Shown here in pieces: positions 20,065 to 29,535 of a stretch of 64,000 nucleotides of DNA. The translations under genes and the position numbers were made by a program. Source of the DNA: Chloroflexota bacterium. Lineage in GTDB: Bacteria > Chloroflexota > Dehalococcoidia > Lucifugimonadales > UBA3495. Under the pieces are notes generated by a model. It ran no database searches. It worked only from the letters and a program-made list of their open reading frames with translations, and had not been told where the DNA came from. Position 1 is the first letter of the stretch. Every line of letters begins with the position of its first letter. The DNA is taken from NCBI GenBank assembly GCA_027623675.1, contig JAQBVF010000003.1, positions 32,001 to 96,000 of the forward strand. Direction: 5' to 3'.

Positions 20065-21075
20065 ATGAAATTTGGCATCTATAGCTCCATCGCCAACCCT
20101 CCCCGCGGCGAGGACCTGCCCCGGTGCGTGGACGAGGTTATCGAAGAGTCGCGGTTGGCCGAGCAGGCCGGGTTCGACTCTTGCTTCTTTGGAGAACACC
20201 ATCAGGACAAAGATGGGTTCCTGCCGTCGCCGTTGATCGTGTGCACGGCGGTGGCCGCATCCACCACAACCCTCCGAGTTGGAACTTCGGTGATCTTGCT
20301 GCCGCTGCACCATCCGGTGCGTTTGGCCGAAGACGTGGTCACCCTGGACATAATCTCCAAGGGACGGGTCACGCTGGGGGTTGGGCTGGGCTACCAGGAC
20401 GCGGATTTCCGGGCTTTCGGCGTCAACATGTCCGACCGTGTCGGGCTGTTCGAGGAAAAGGTGGAGATACTGCGCCGTTGCTGGTCAGGCGAGGAGTTCT
20501 CTTACAACGGCAAGCACCACCAGATCGAGAACCTGCGTGTGCGTCCCGACCCGGTGCAAACGCCGCACCCTCCGATTTGGATAGGCGCCAGTGTGCCGGC
20601 CAGCGCGCGGCGGGCGGCCAATATCGGCGATGCCATCGTCACCACGCCCAGCACCACGCTGGATAACACCTGCCGATTGATCGACAGTTATCGAGACGCT
20701 GCCGTGGCCGCGGGAAAAACCCCTGCGCCGATCATCATGCGGGACGCCTGGGTGGCGGGCTCCAGAAAGGAGGCGGAGGAGGTCTACGGCCCGGAGGTGA
20801 TGGCGGCCTACCGGTACTATTGGCAGAACGGACTACCCGAGTTCAGGTCCATTCAGAACGAGTCGGAGCTGACCCTGGAACGGGTGGCGAAAGACCGCCT
20901 GATCATGGGCGAACCCGAGGAATGTCTCAACGAATTTCAGCGCTGGAGCGAGGCGACCGGCGCTGCGTCATGTCTGCTGCGGCTGCGGCACGCCCACTCC
21001 GGGGGCCCGTCTCACGCCCAGATCATGAAGACTATCGACCTGATCGGCGACCGGATCATCCCCTACATGGACTAG
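20065..21075 (+). CDS. LLM-class flavin-dependent oxidoreductase
   Basis: AEQAGFD...GEHH, HPVRLAED..TLD..SKGR and P.QTPHPPIWIG motifs. Confidence 0.9.
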   Translation: MKFGIYSSIANPPRGEDLPRCVDEVIEESRLAEQAGFDSCFFGEHHQDKDGFLPSPLIVCTAVAASTTTLRVGTSVILLPLHHPVRLAEDVVTLDIISKGRVTLGVGLGYQDADFRAFGVNMSDRVGLFEEKVEILRRCWSGEEFSYNGKHHQIENLRVRPDPVQTPHPPIWIGASVPASARRAANIGDAIVTTPSTTLDNTCRLIDSYRDAAVAAGKTPAPIIMRDAWVAGSRKEAEEVYGPEVMAAYRYYWQNGLPEFRSIQNESELTLERVAKDRLIMGEPEECLNEFQRWSEATGAASCLLRLRHAHSGGPSHAQIMKTIDLIGDRIIPYMD

Positions 21076-21108
21076 CGGAAGCTGGGCGTCACTTTTCTTG
21101 CCTCTGGC

Positions 21109-21155
21109 GAAATTCCCCTTAGATCCCCCGTTACGACGTGGGGCGAGGGGATTTC
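21109..21155. repeat. REP-like palindromic intergenic repeat (copy 1)
   Basis: gaaattccccttagatcccccgttacgacgtggggcgaggggatttc resembles the reverse complement of 36225-36271. Confidence 0.6.
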
Positions 21156-21421
21156 CGCGCCTCCCCACCCACCGCCACCGTACCCCTCACCGCAATTGCC
21201 ACAAAGCTGCAAGCTGATCGGCGAGAGCTTACCTTCTAGAGCCTGCACCCGCACCACCTCTTTACCGAACATTTACCCGGTTTTGACCTTACCGACATGG
21301 ACGGTATATGAGCATGCCGCTAGCCTTTAGCGGTGGTCCAAGGGAGGCAGTGCCCGGTTCGGTGACCAGGACCAGCCCCACATCCAAGTTCGCGACGGGT
21401 CATCTCGAGGGAATAAGAGAA

Positions 21422-23401
21422 ATGTTGGAGTTTTTCAAGCAACATTCAGCCGGAAGATGCCGGACCGTCTTATTCGCGTTGGTTCTTCCTTTGATCATTG
21501 CAGGCGGCGTCTTTATCTGGCAGGACTACCAAGCACGCCGCGAAGCGATCGTTACCGAGGTTGGCCTAAAATCTGCGTTGATCAATTCTCAGCTTGAAGA
21601 TTTCGTGCACACGGTGCGCGGGGCCAGCGGCGTGTTCGCGGCCGACTGGGTGGCGGAGAACGATCCAGCAGCGATCGACGTTAGAGAGATGAATGAGCAT
21701 CTCGCGAGTTTCGCATCTGAATGGCCTAATTTTTCAAACGCCTTCATAACCGGGTCAGACGGCACGATCGTGGGGTCCTCGGACCAAGCGTTGATCGGCA
21801 GCCGAGTAGGCAGCGCAGAATTGTACGAACAGGCGCTCTCCACCCTTAGGTTCACGGTTTCAGACGTTGTCACGCACGTGTCGGAAGGACCTCCGTTCGC
21901 CCTGTTCATCCAGCCGATGATCTGGGAGGGCGCTGAGCAAGTTTCCTTCCAAGTTTCCTTCATGGTGCTTGAGACCCCGCTGGATACGATCTCCAGTTTC
22001 TTGGACATGAGCACCGGTTTCCCCGCCAGCGCCAAATCTGGGATCTTCGATAGCCAGGGCCTTATCTTGGCCGGTACGGGCTACGAGGCGCCCCACCCCG
22101 GTATGGCCGCGGGGCGAAATATAAGCGCCAGCGCGGTTTGGAAACAGGCGGCGACCCGACCCACCGGCGAGTGGTTCGGACCCGGGTTGGACAACGTTTC
22201 TCGAATAATCTTTTTCGGATATCCGGATAACACTCCTTGGGTGACAACGGTTGCCTACGCCCAGTCGGAGCTTTTCGACCCGCTTTGGCAGCGGCTCTGG
22301 ACCTTTGGCGCCGTGCTGGTGGCAACATTCCTGGGCATTATCTGGGCCGGAGAGGTATTCATACGGCGGGAGCGCCTCGAGCGAAGCAAGCTGGAGAAAG
22401 AACAACTCACTCTTGATGCGGTGATGACCGGCTCTTCGGATGGAATCATGATCATCGATTCCATGGACCGGATCGGGTTTGCCAACCGGCGGTTGGGAGA
22501 GATGTTTGGGTTGCGCTCCCAAAACCTGATCGGACAATCTTTCGATGTGGTACGTGGCGTGATGGCCGCCCAAAGCGCCACGCCCGAGACCACCGACGAC
22601 CAACTTGACCGGGCGGTCAACGCAAGCGGCAAGGTGGTCGTGGACAATCTGAAGTTGAAAGACTCGATCGGACTGGAAATGGAGATGACCTCCTACGAAT
22701 TGCGCCAGTCCAATGGAGATGCTTTGGGGCGCACCTTGGTCTTCCACGACATCACACAGTCGGCGGAGGTCCAACGCAGCCGGTCTGCTTTCATCGCCAC
22801 GGCGTCGCATCAACTTAGGACGCCCATGGCTTCGATCATGGCGACCTCAGAGCTGCTGTTGTCGCAGCAGATTCCGCCGGCCAAACAGCGGCAACTGCTG
22901 GAAATGGTCCAATCCCAATCGACCCGTATGACGGACATGATCAACACGCTCCTCAGTGTCTCTCTCATCGACGCCGGGCAGGTTGAGATCAATCTCGAGA
23001 ATTTTGACGCCGGGAAGCTGTGCCGCACGCTTGCCATGGAGTTCGAAGCCCGTTCGCCGGGCCATAAGTTCGAGGTCAATTTGGCCGTTCCTGAGATATG
23101 CGTCAGGGCCGACAGATTGCGGTTCACTCAGATACTGGAGGACCTGATCGACAACGCCGTCAAATACACGCCAGGCTCCGGCAAGATCACCATCGGCGCC
23201 GAGTTGGCCGAGCGGGGAATGGTCAGGTTCAGCGTTTCTGACACCGGGGTCGGCATCACGCCCGGTGGCTTGAAGGACATCTTCAAGCCGGAATCACCCA
23301 GATACCCGCGGCCACCTGGCAGGTCAATTACCGCGCCAAGCGGAATGAAACCGACGCAGGATTCACCTGGTTCACCAATGCCGTGGATATCAGCCTCGTA
23401 G
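21422..23401 (+). CDS. Membrane sensor histidine kinase (Cache-like, PAS, HisKA, HATPase), truncated near 23290
   Basis: Two TM helices, ASHQLRTP H-box, LIDNAVKY N-box and DTGVGI G1-box. The G2 box is absent and the tail after IFKP is not kinase-like. Confidence 0.8.
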   Translation: MLEFFKQHSAGRCRTVLFALVLPLIIAGGVFIWQDYQARREAIVTEVGLKSALINSQLEDFVHTVRGASGVFAADWVAENDPAAIDVREMNEHLASFASEWPNFSNAFITGSDGTIVGSSDQALIGSRVGSAELYEQALSTLRFTVSDVVTHVSEGPPFALFIQPMIWEGAEQVSFQVSFMVLETPLDTISSFLDMSTGFPASAKSGIFDSQGLILAGTGYEAPHPGMAAGRNISASAVWKQAATRPTGEWFGPGLDNVSRIIFFGYPDNTPWVTTVAYAQSELFDPLWQRLWTFGAVLVATFLGIIWAGEVFIRRERLERSKLEKEQLTLDAVMTGSSDGIMIIDSMDRIGFANRRLGEMFGLRSQNLIGQSFDVVRGVMAAQSATPETTDDQLDRAVNASGKVVVDNLKLKDSIGLEMEMTSYELRQSNGDALGRTLVFHDITQSAEVQRSRSAFIATASHQLRTPMASIMATSELLLSQQIPPAKQRQLLEMVQSQSTRMTDMINTLLSVSLIDAGQVEINLENFDAGKLCRTLAMEFEARSPGHKFEVNLAVPEICVRADRLRFTQILEDLIDNAVKYTPGSGKITIGAELAERGMVRFSVSDTGVGITPGGLKDIFKPESPRYPRPPGRSITAPSGMKPTQDSPGSPMPWISAS

Positions 23402-24591
23402 GAGGTCCAAGCTGGCAGAACATAGATCTGTCGTCCTACGTGCCGTCCACGGCTTCGGGCGCGATCGTCCTGGCCGTTAACATGGGCTCCAGCAGCGACT
23501 ACAGCGCCGTATTTCGGGGCACGGAGGATACCCGCGACTATCTGTCTAACCCCTTGTATGAAGAGATTGAGGCATACACCCAACGCTGGCAGATCGTGAA
23601 GTTGGACGGCAGCCGAGTCATCCAAGGTTTCACCGAGAGCAGCGAGGTCGATTTCAAATTGCTGGGCTACACGTCGGGCGGCGACCCGTCTTATTTCACT
23701 ACGCCGGTGGATGTAACCCCGGCCGCGGTTGCCGCGTGGACCACCGTGGATGTTTCGGCAAGCGTCGATGCCGAAGCCGACGGCGTGGTGCTGCTCGTTG
23801 ACTCGATCTCCAGCGAGGACCGTGGCTACGGGATACGGGAGACGGGCAGCACCGATTCCGCCGACCTCTTGGAACTAGAAGAATATGGCAACACGATGTA
23901 CCTGGTTGGCATCGACACCCTGAACCAGTTCAGCGCCTACATCCAGGATAGTGACGTCAGGATATACCTTGTGGCGCAGACCAAGGGGTCGGTCGTCTAC
24001 TACGTCAACAACGTGCCGGTTGCCGACCCGGCTCAGGGGTCTTGGCAGGTGTTGGATGCCGATGATTACAGCGTTGCCGCCGAAGCCAACGGCCTGATCC
24101 TGGCGGCGGAAAAGAATAAAGCCGGCGACAAACGCCTCAGTTTCAGGCGCGGTGGCTCCACAGACGATTGGGGTGTCGGCGACATTGGTCACGGCACCCA
24201 ATTGCAAGCTGGAGTGGGTTTAAACGACCAGAATGTGTGGGAAGAATATATGGAAAGCGATGCGGCCGATGTTTGGATCGCGGCCTACACCCGGTTCCTA
24301 ACCTGGGACGTCCACGCCGACATGGACATACTCGTCCGGCAGGCCAGTGGGTTAGTAAGGGCGACTTTGGCCAGTGAAACCGCCAACAGCGGAGTGATAT
24401 CTTCGGCAACATGGCAGGGTTACCTGGCAAGCCATGTGTTCCCCGCCTACACGGTGGTGGACCAGACGGACTACCTGGAGATCGACCTGTTCGCCGATTC
24501 GGTCACCAATGACTTTTCCCGAGCTATGTCCGTCGATTTCCGGATCGACGACGCCGTCTACCCGGTCAGCACTCAGACCAACATCGACTGA
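23281..24591 (+). pseudogene. 5'-truncated fragment of an acidic, beta-rich repeat (surface/adhesin-like) protein
   Basis: Open frame with protein-like sequence from about 23281 (GITQIPAATWQVNY...) and no convincing start or signal peptide. Three internal repeats of about 100 aa (W..[IVL]D....V...A.G..L). Confidence 0.55.
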
Positions 24592-24987
24592 TGAATAGGG
24601 CAAATGACCCGGGAGGTATTGATTTGCTAACAGGCTTTCCGATATGCCAAGTTTCGCTAAACAGATCGGATATGGTCACGTCCACCCGTGCGCTGGGGGC
24701 AGCTACCCAAATGATTATGGGTGAATGCCCACATGCCAATCACCGCCGGCCGTGGGAATATTGACTACACATTATCTCCTAACTCGGGGTTGCCTCTACC
24801 AGGCGTCTACTCCCGTCTGGCAGGCAACTCCGAAAGGAGAGAGTTGGGAGCGAGCTGATCGAAGCGATCGTTGGCCTTTTGGTGGGTTGGAAGTGAGGGG
24901 CGGGACCGGGCGCTTCATCTGGAACAGCTTGAAATCAACTGCACGATAATCGGGTTCCCAAAATCTACCTGGAAAAGGGTTTAGAAC

Positions 24988-25548
24988 ATGGATCGAGACT
25001 ATAAATGGGGTTCTTCTATGTTGGTTGACTCACCGGCGAACAAAGGCGTCGCGCTGGCTGGGCCCTCAGCCGAACCAGCGGGATCGTTAGGCGAAAAGAT
25101 TAACTTTCTGGGCAAGACGGAGCTGTTCAAGGAACTGCCACAGGAGGTGTTGCGCCAACTGGCTGAAGAGACCCGGATGGTGTACCACCCCAAAGGTTTC
25201 CGCATCCGGAACACGGAGAGGGCCGACGGAGAGGACACCACATTGATAGACGGGCTTTACGTGATCAAATTCGGCGCGGCCAAGGTGACCAAGGCCTCCG
25301 AGTTCGGTGACGCCGAAGCGGTGGTCGCGATCTTGGGCAATGGAAATTGGTTTGGTGAGATCGGGTTGATCGACGGCCTGCCACCGTCGGCTAACGTTAC
25401 GGCCATGAGTCCCATGGAGAGCTTCTTTCTGCCCAGGGAGAGTTTCTGGAACGCCTTGAACGAGAACCCCAAGATCGCGGTTGCCATGCTGCCCGCACTG
25501 GGGAATATGGTCCGCATGGCCGACCAATGGATCTCACAGCTGCTCTAG
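24988..25548 (+). CDS. Cyclic-nucleotide-binding domain protein (no HTH)
   Basis: LFKEL, LYVIKFG and G.WFGEIGLIDGLPPSANVTA motifs. Confidence 0.85.
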   Translation: MDRDYKWGSSMLVDSPANKGVALAGPSAEPAGSLGEKINFLGKTELFKELPQEVLRQLAEETRMVYHPKGFRIRNTERADGEDTTLIDGLYVIKFGAAKVTKASEFGDAEAVVAILGNGNWFGEIGLIDGLPPSANVTAMSPMESFFLPRESFWNALNENPKIAVAMLPALGNMVRMADQWISQLL

Positions 25549-25701
25549 GGCTGACCTTAGCCAAGGTTCTTGGTGAGCCCTGTCGGACCACTTGCGCATG
25601 TAAGCCAGGACGGCGAAGGCTCCGGTAGACCCAGGCAGCCGAAGGCCTCCATTCCGTTGTTCTTGAATGGACCAGCGAAGTGAGGAAACCACTGCCAATC
25701 A

Positions 25702-25742
25702 ACAGCCCCCTGGTTCCGATGGAATCGGAACCAGGGGGCTGT
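25702..25742. terminator. Perfect 19-bp hairpin between convergent genes (probable bidirectional terminator)
   Basis: acagccccctggttccgat-gga-atcggaaccagggggctgt. Confidence 0.7.
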
Positions 25743-25820
25743 CATTACTGATCAGGCTGCACCTCCGGCAAGCTAAGTGTGGGCGGATCCCGGAGGTGGC
25801 TGTCTCGAAACGGTTGGGCG

Positions 25821-28800
25821 TTATACCCGCTGAACGCTTAGAGTGATCTCCATGCCGTTCACCTTGGCGGTTTCCGAGGCAGCTTCGATCACCGTGTCCG
25901 CGTCCTGAGCGCCGTCCACCAGTTTGGTGCTAAGGGTCTCGTCCCGGATGTACTCCGAGAACGAGCCTCGCATCAGATCGGCGATCGGGCCGGCCCCTTG
26001 CCCCGTGGCCTGGTAGTAAGTCACGATACGGTCGGTCACGTCGAAATCGGCTGACCGGCGCAGCCCCTGGATGCGGTGGACGATCTCCCGCGCCAGACCC
26101 TCTTCGGCCAGTTCGGGGGTGATCGCGCCGTCCACGGCCACCATGTAGCCTCCCTCTAAAGAGACGGAGTAATGGTCCGCCGAGACGATGGTCTCCGTTT
26201 GGCCGCCGGCCTGCTCCAAGACCTGCCCAACCAAGGGCGCGTCGTCGGAGATGATCTGGATGTCCTTGATGTTCAACTCCTCCAAAACCTGGGGGCGCAC
26301 TTGGGTGAGGTAGCCTTCTTCGGCGGGCTCGCGGACCTTTACCAAGACTCTGGCCAGCGGTTGGCGCACCTTCAGTCCCGCCTTGGAGCGGGCGGCGCGG
26401 CCCATGCTGGACACCTTCATGGCCAGGCGGGTGGCCTGCATCAGCGGTTCGTCCACCAGGGATTGGTCGGCTTTCGGGTAGTCGGACAGGTGAACGCTGT
26501 CTGGGGCCGATGGGTCCACCGAGCAGACCAGGTTCTGGTACATCTCCTCGGCTACGAACGGCGCCAGGGGCGCCATAACTTTGGCCACCGTGACCAGGCA
26601 GGTGTGCAGCGTGACGTAGCCCGACTGCTTGTCGGCGTCGCCCTCGCTCCTCCAGAACCGGCGGCGGCTGCGGCGCACGTACCAGTTGGAAAGCTGGTCG
26701 ATGAACTCCTGGATGCGCCGGCCGGCGTTGGTCGGCTCGTAGCCTTCCATGTAGCCGTCCACCTGGGCGACCAGCGTGTTCAATTCGGACAAGATCCAGC
26801 GGTCAAGCTCGTTCTCAGGCTTCCAGTCGACTGGGGTCTGCGAAGGGTCGAACTTGTCGATCTCGGCGTAGCCGATGAAGAACGAGTAGACGTTCCACAG
26901 CGTGAGCATCACCTTTCTGAGAGTCTCACTGACCAGCTTGGCCGAGAAACGCCGTGGCTCGCCAGGATGGGAGGCGGTGAACAGGTACCAGCGCAGGGCG
27001 TCGGCGCCGTGTTCGTCCAGCACCGACAGCGGCTCGACCACGTTACCCACCCGCTTGCTCATCTTGCGGCCCTTCTCATCCAGGATCAGACCCAGGCAGA
27101 TGACATTCTTGTAGGCCGGCTGGCCCTTGAGCAGGGTGGAGAGGGCGTGCAGGCTGTAGAACCAGCCACGGGTCTGGTCCACCGCCTCGCAGATGTAATC
27201 GGCTGGGAAGCGGCCGTCCTGCTCGATGCTGTCGTTTTCAAACGGATAATGCCACTGGGCGAAGGGCATGGCGCCCGAGTCGAACCAGGCGTCCATGACC
27301 TCGGGGATCCGGTGCATCTTGCCTGAGCAGCCCCCAGCGGCGCAATCCATCTCGATGTCATCGACGAATGGGCGGTGCAGGTCCAGTTCGCCGCCGCTTA
27401 GGCTGCCGTTGACCCCGGCCATGCCTTTAAGCTCGTCCACTCCGCCGATGCAGACCTGGTGGTTGCACGAATGGCAATACCAGATAGGTATGGGCGTGCC
27501 CCAGTAGCGCTCCCGGGAGATGGCCCAGTCGACGTTGTTGCGTAGCCATTCGCCGAAGCGCCCGTATTTGATGTACTCGGGATACCAGTTGATCGTGTCA
27601 TTACCACTTACAAGCTGGTCTTTCAACGCCGATGTCCGGATGTACCACGAGCTCTTGGCGTAGTAGAGCAGCGGCGTGTCGCAGCGCCAGCAGAAGGGGT
27701 AGGTGTGCCGGTAGATGTCCCGGTGGAAGAGCAGGCCGCGGGACTTAAGCTCCTCCATGATCTCTTCGTCGGCGGTCTTCACGAACTTGCCGGCGAAGGG
27801 GTAATTTCCGGTGATGATGCCCTGCAGGTCCACCGGCTGGACGAATGAAAGCTCCTTCTCCCGGCCCACGCCCAAGTCCTCATCACCGAAGGCCGGAGCG
27901 ATGTGGACGATGCCGGTGCCGTCGTCCAGAGACACGAACTCGGCGGAGATCACACGGGGCGCGAAATCGCTGGAGTCCTCAAGCTCGGTCACCGTCGCGC
28001 CGCCGGGGCCGGGCCGCCGCGTGAACCGGCGCACCTGGGCGCCGAATTCGTTTGGATCGTAGAGAGGAGTGTAGCCCAGGCCCACCAACTCGGAACCCTT
28101 GATGGTCCCGGCGATGGTGTGTTCCTGTTTGATGTTGGCGGCGATCAGGGCTTGGGCGAGGACCAGACGGTGTCGGCCGCCCTCGCCTTCAAGTTCAACG
28201 ATGCTGTAGTCGGCGTCTTCGGCCACGGCCAGGCCCGTGTTGCCGGGCAGGGTCCACGGCGTGGTGGTCCAGGCCAGCAGAAAAACGTCACAACCGGTAA
28301 CGCCCAGTTTTTCCAGCGTCTCTGCTTTATCCTGGGACGCGGTTGAGTCCACTTTGAACTTCACGAAGACCGACGGGTCGGGCGTGTTCTCTCGGTAGCC
28401 CAGGGCGACTTCGTGGGAGCTGAGGCTGGTTACGCAGCGGGGGCAGTGCGGAGTGCCGCGCATGGTCTGGTAGAGGAGGTCCTTGTCCCACAGGGTTTTC
28501 AGCATCCACCAGCCAGACTCGATATAGTCATTGTCCAGGGTGACGTAGGGATCTTCCATGTCGACCCAATAGCCGATGCGGTCGGTCATGGTCTCCCACT
28601 CTTTCACGTAGCGGAAAACGCTGTCCCGGCACTTCCGGTTGAACTCCTCGATGCCGTACTCTTCGATGTCGCGTTTGCTCTTCAGGCCCAGCTCTTTCTC
28701 GACCTCAAGCTCCACCGGCAGGCCGTGGGTGTCCCAACCGCCCTTGCGCTGCACCCGGTAGCCCTTCATGGTGCGGTAGCGGCAGATGACGTCTTTGAAG

Positions 28801-28988
28801 ACGCGGGCCAGCACGTGGTGGATGCCGGGGCTTCCGTTGGCCGTGGGCGGGCCCTCGTACATCATGAAGAGCGGCGCGTCGGGGCGTTCCGACTCGGTGC
28901 GCCGGAAGACGTTTTTGTCCTTCCAATGCTTCAGGACATCGGCGTCCAGGTTGGGGAAGCTGACGCGGCTTGATACGGACTTAAACAT
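25821..28988 (-). CDS. ileS: Isoleucine--tRNA ligase (type 2)
   Basis: EGPPTANG.PGIHH, GWDTHGLP, WTTTPWTL, YPFCWRCDTPL, ISRERYWG and KMSKR motifs. Confidence 0.97.
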   Translation of the reverse strand: MFKSVSSRVSFPNLDADVLKHWKDKNVFRRTESERPDAPLFMMYEGPPTANGSPGIHHVLARVFKDVICRYRTMKGYRVQRKGGWDTHGLPVELEVEKELGLKSKRDIEEYGIEEFNRKCRDSVFRYVKEWETMTDRIGYWVDMEDPYVTLDNDYIESGWWMLKTLWDKDLLYQTMRGTPHCPRCVTSLSSHEVALGYRENTPDPSVFVKFKVDSTASQDKAETLEKLGVTGCDVFLLAWTTTPWTLPGNTGLAVAEDADYSIVELEGEGGRHRLVLAQALIAANIKQEHTIAGTIKGSELVGLGYTPLYDPNEFGAQVRRFTRRPGPGGATVTELEDSSDFAPRVISAEFVSLDDGTGIVHIAPAFGDEDLGVGREKELSFVQPVDLQGIITGNYPFAGKFVKTADEEIMEELKSRGLLFHRDIYRHTYPFCWRCDTPLLYYAKSSWYIRTSALKDQLVSGNDTINWYPEYIKYGRFGEWLRNNVDWAISRERYWGTPIPIWYCHSCNHQVCIGGVDELKGMAGVNGSLSGGELDLHRPFVDDIEMDCAAGGCSGKMHRIPEVMDAWFDSGAMPFAQWHYPFENDSIEQDGRFPADYICEAVDQTRGWFYSLHALSTLLKGQPAYKNVICLGLILDEKGRKMSKRVGNVVEPLSVLDEHGADALRWYLFTASHPGEPRRFSAKLVSETLRKVMLTLWNVYSFFIGYAEIDKFDPSQTPVDWKPENELDRWILSELNTLVAQVDGYMEGYEPTNAGRRIQEFIDQLSNWYVRRSRRRFWRSEGDADKQSGYVTLHTCLVTVAKVMAPLAPFVAEEMYQNLVCSVDPSAPDSVHLSDYPKADQSLVDEPLMQATRLAMKVSSMGRAARSKAGLKVRQPLARVLVKVREPAEEGYLTQVRPQVLEELNIKDIQIISDDAPLVGQVLEQAGGQTETIVSADHYSVSLEGGYMVAVDGAITPELAEEGLAREIVHRIQGLRRSADFDVTDRIVTYYQATGQGAGPIADLMRGSFSEYIRDETLSTKLVDGAQDADTVIEAASETAKVNGMEITLSVQRV

Positions 28989-29150
28989 TTCGAAGGGATT
29001 TCCTTTTCAAAGGGGTTCGTCAAGACCGGCGAGAGCAGCCGATCGAAAGATCTATGGTCGATTTACTAATCGAGCATTATAGCGCAGGCGGCGGCGGCCA
29101 GACACGCTGGCGGCCGGGGCATGTGAAGAGGCCGGAGAAGAAAGCGCGGC

Positions 29151-29519
29151 CTAAGTTAAGAACATATCCGCTTGTATCAGCTTCTGTGCTTCGTGGTCGG
29201 CGGCCAGGCCGAACGCGGCCAGGGTGTGGCGACCCAAGGTCGGCTCGCTGCCGGCCTTGCCGTAGACGCAGATGGTGGTGCGCTCCTGCCCGCCGATGCG
29301 CATGCGGACCTCGGCCATTGGCAGCATCTCCCAGCCGCCGCCGGGCAGGGTGAACCGGGACTCCCATTCGGTGTCCACGCCCAGCATCTCCAGCAGGGTG
29401 GACGGCAGCACCGAGTAGATGTTGTCCGAACCGGCGACCACGATGACCCTCTGGAAGCGGACGCCGTTCCGTGGGCCGATCTCGACGGGGCAGTGGAATG
29501 TTTGGGTTGGCGTGGTCAT
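29151..29519 (-). CDS. Clan AA aspartyl-protease-like small protein (catalytic DTG absent)
   Basis: Family-like YSVLP..LL..LGV...F.L..G...LG...L..FGL..D pattern; AGSDN occupies the DTG position. Confidence 0.55.
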   Translation of the reverse strand: MTTPTQTFHCPVEIGPRNGVRFQRVIVVAGSDNIYSVLPSTLLEMLGVDTEWESRFTLPGGGWEMLPMAEVRMRIGGQERTTICVYGKAGSEPTLGRHTLAAFGLAADHEAQKLIQADMFLT

Positions 29520-29535
29520 GTGAACTGAGTACCCC

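Noticed and set aside
26172..27326. Long antisense ORFs (this one, and e.g. 60258-61709, 40915-42000, 54602-55564)
   Set aside because: Shadow ORFs opposite or overlapping well-supported genes, expected in high-GC DNA, with no motifs.
28989..29150. Possible T-box leader upstream of ileS
   Set aside because: No GGTGGNACCGCG T-box sequence or specifier stem is visible, and the gap is short.
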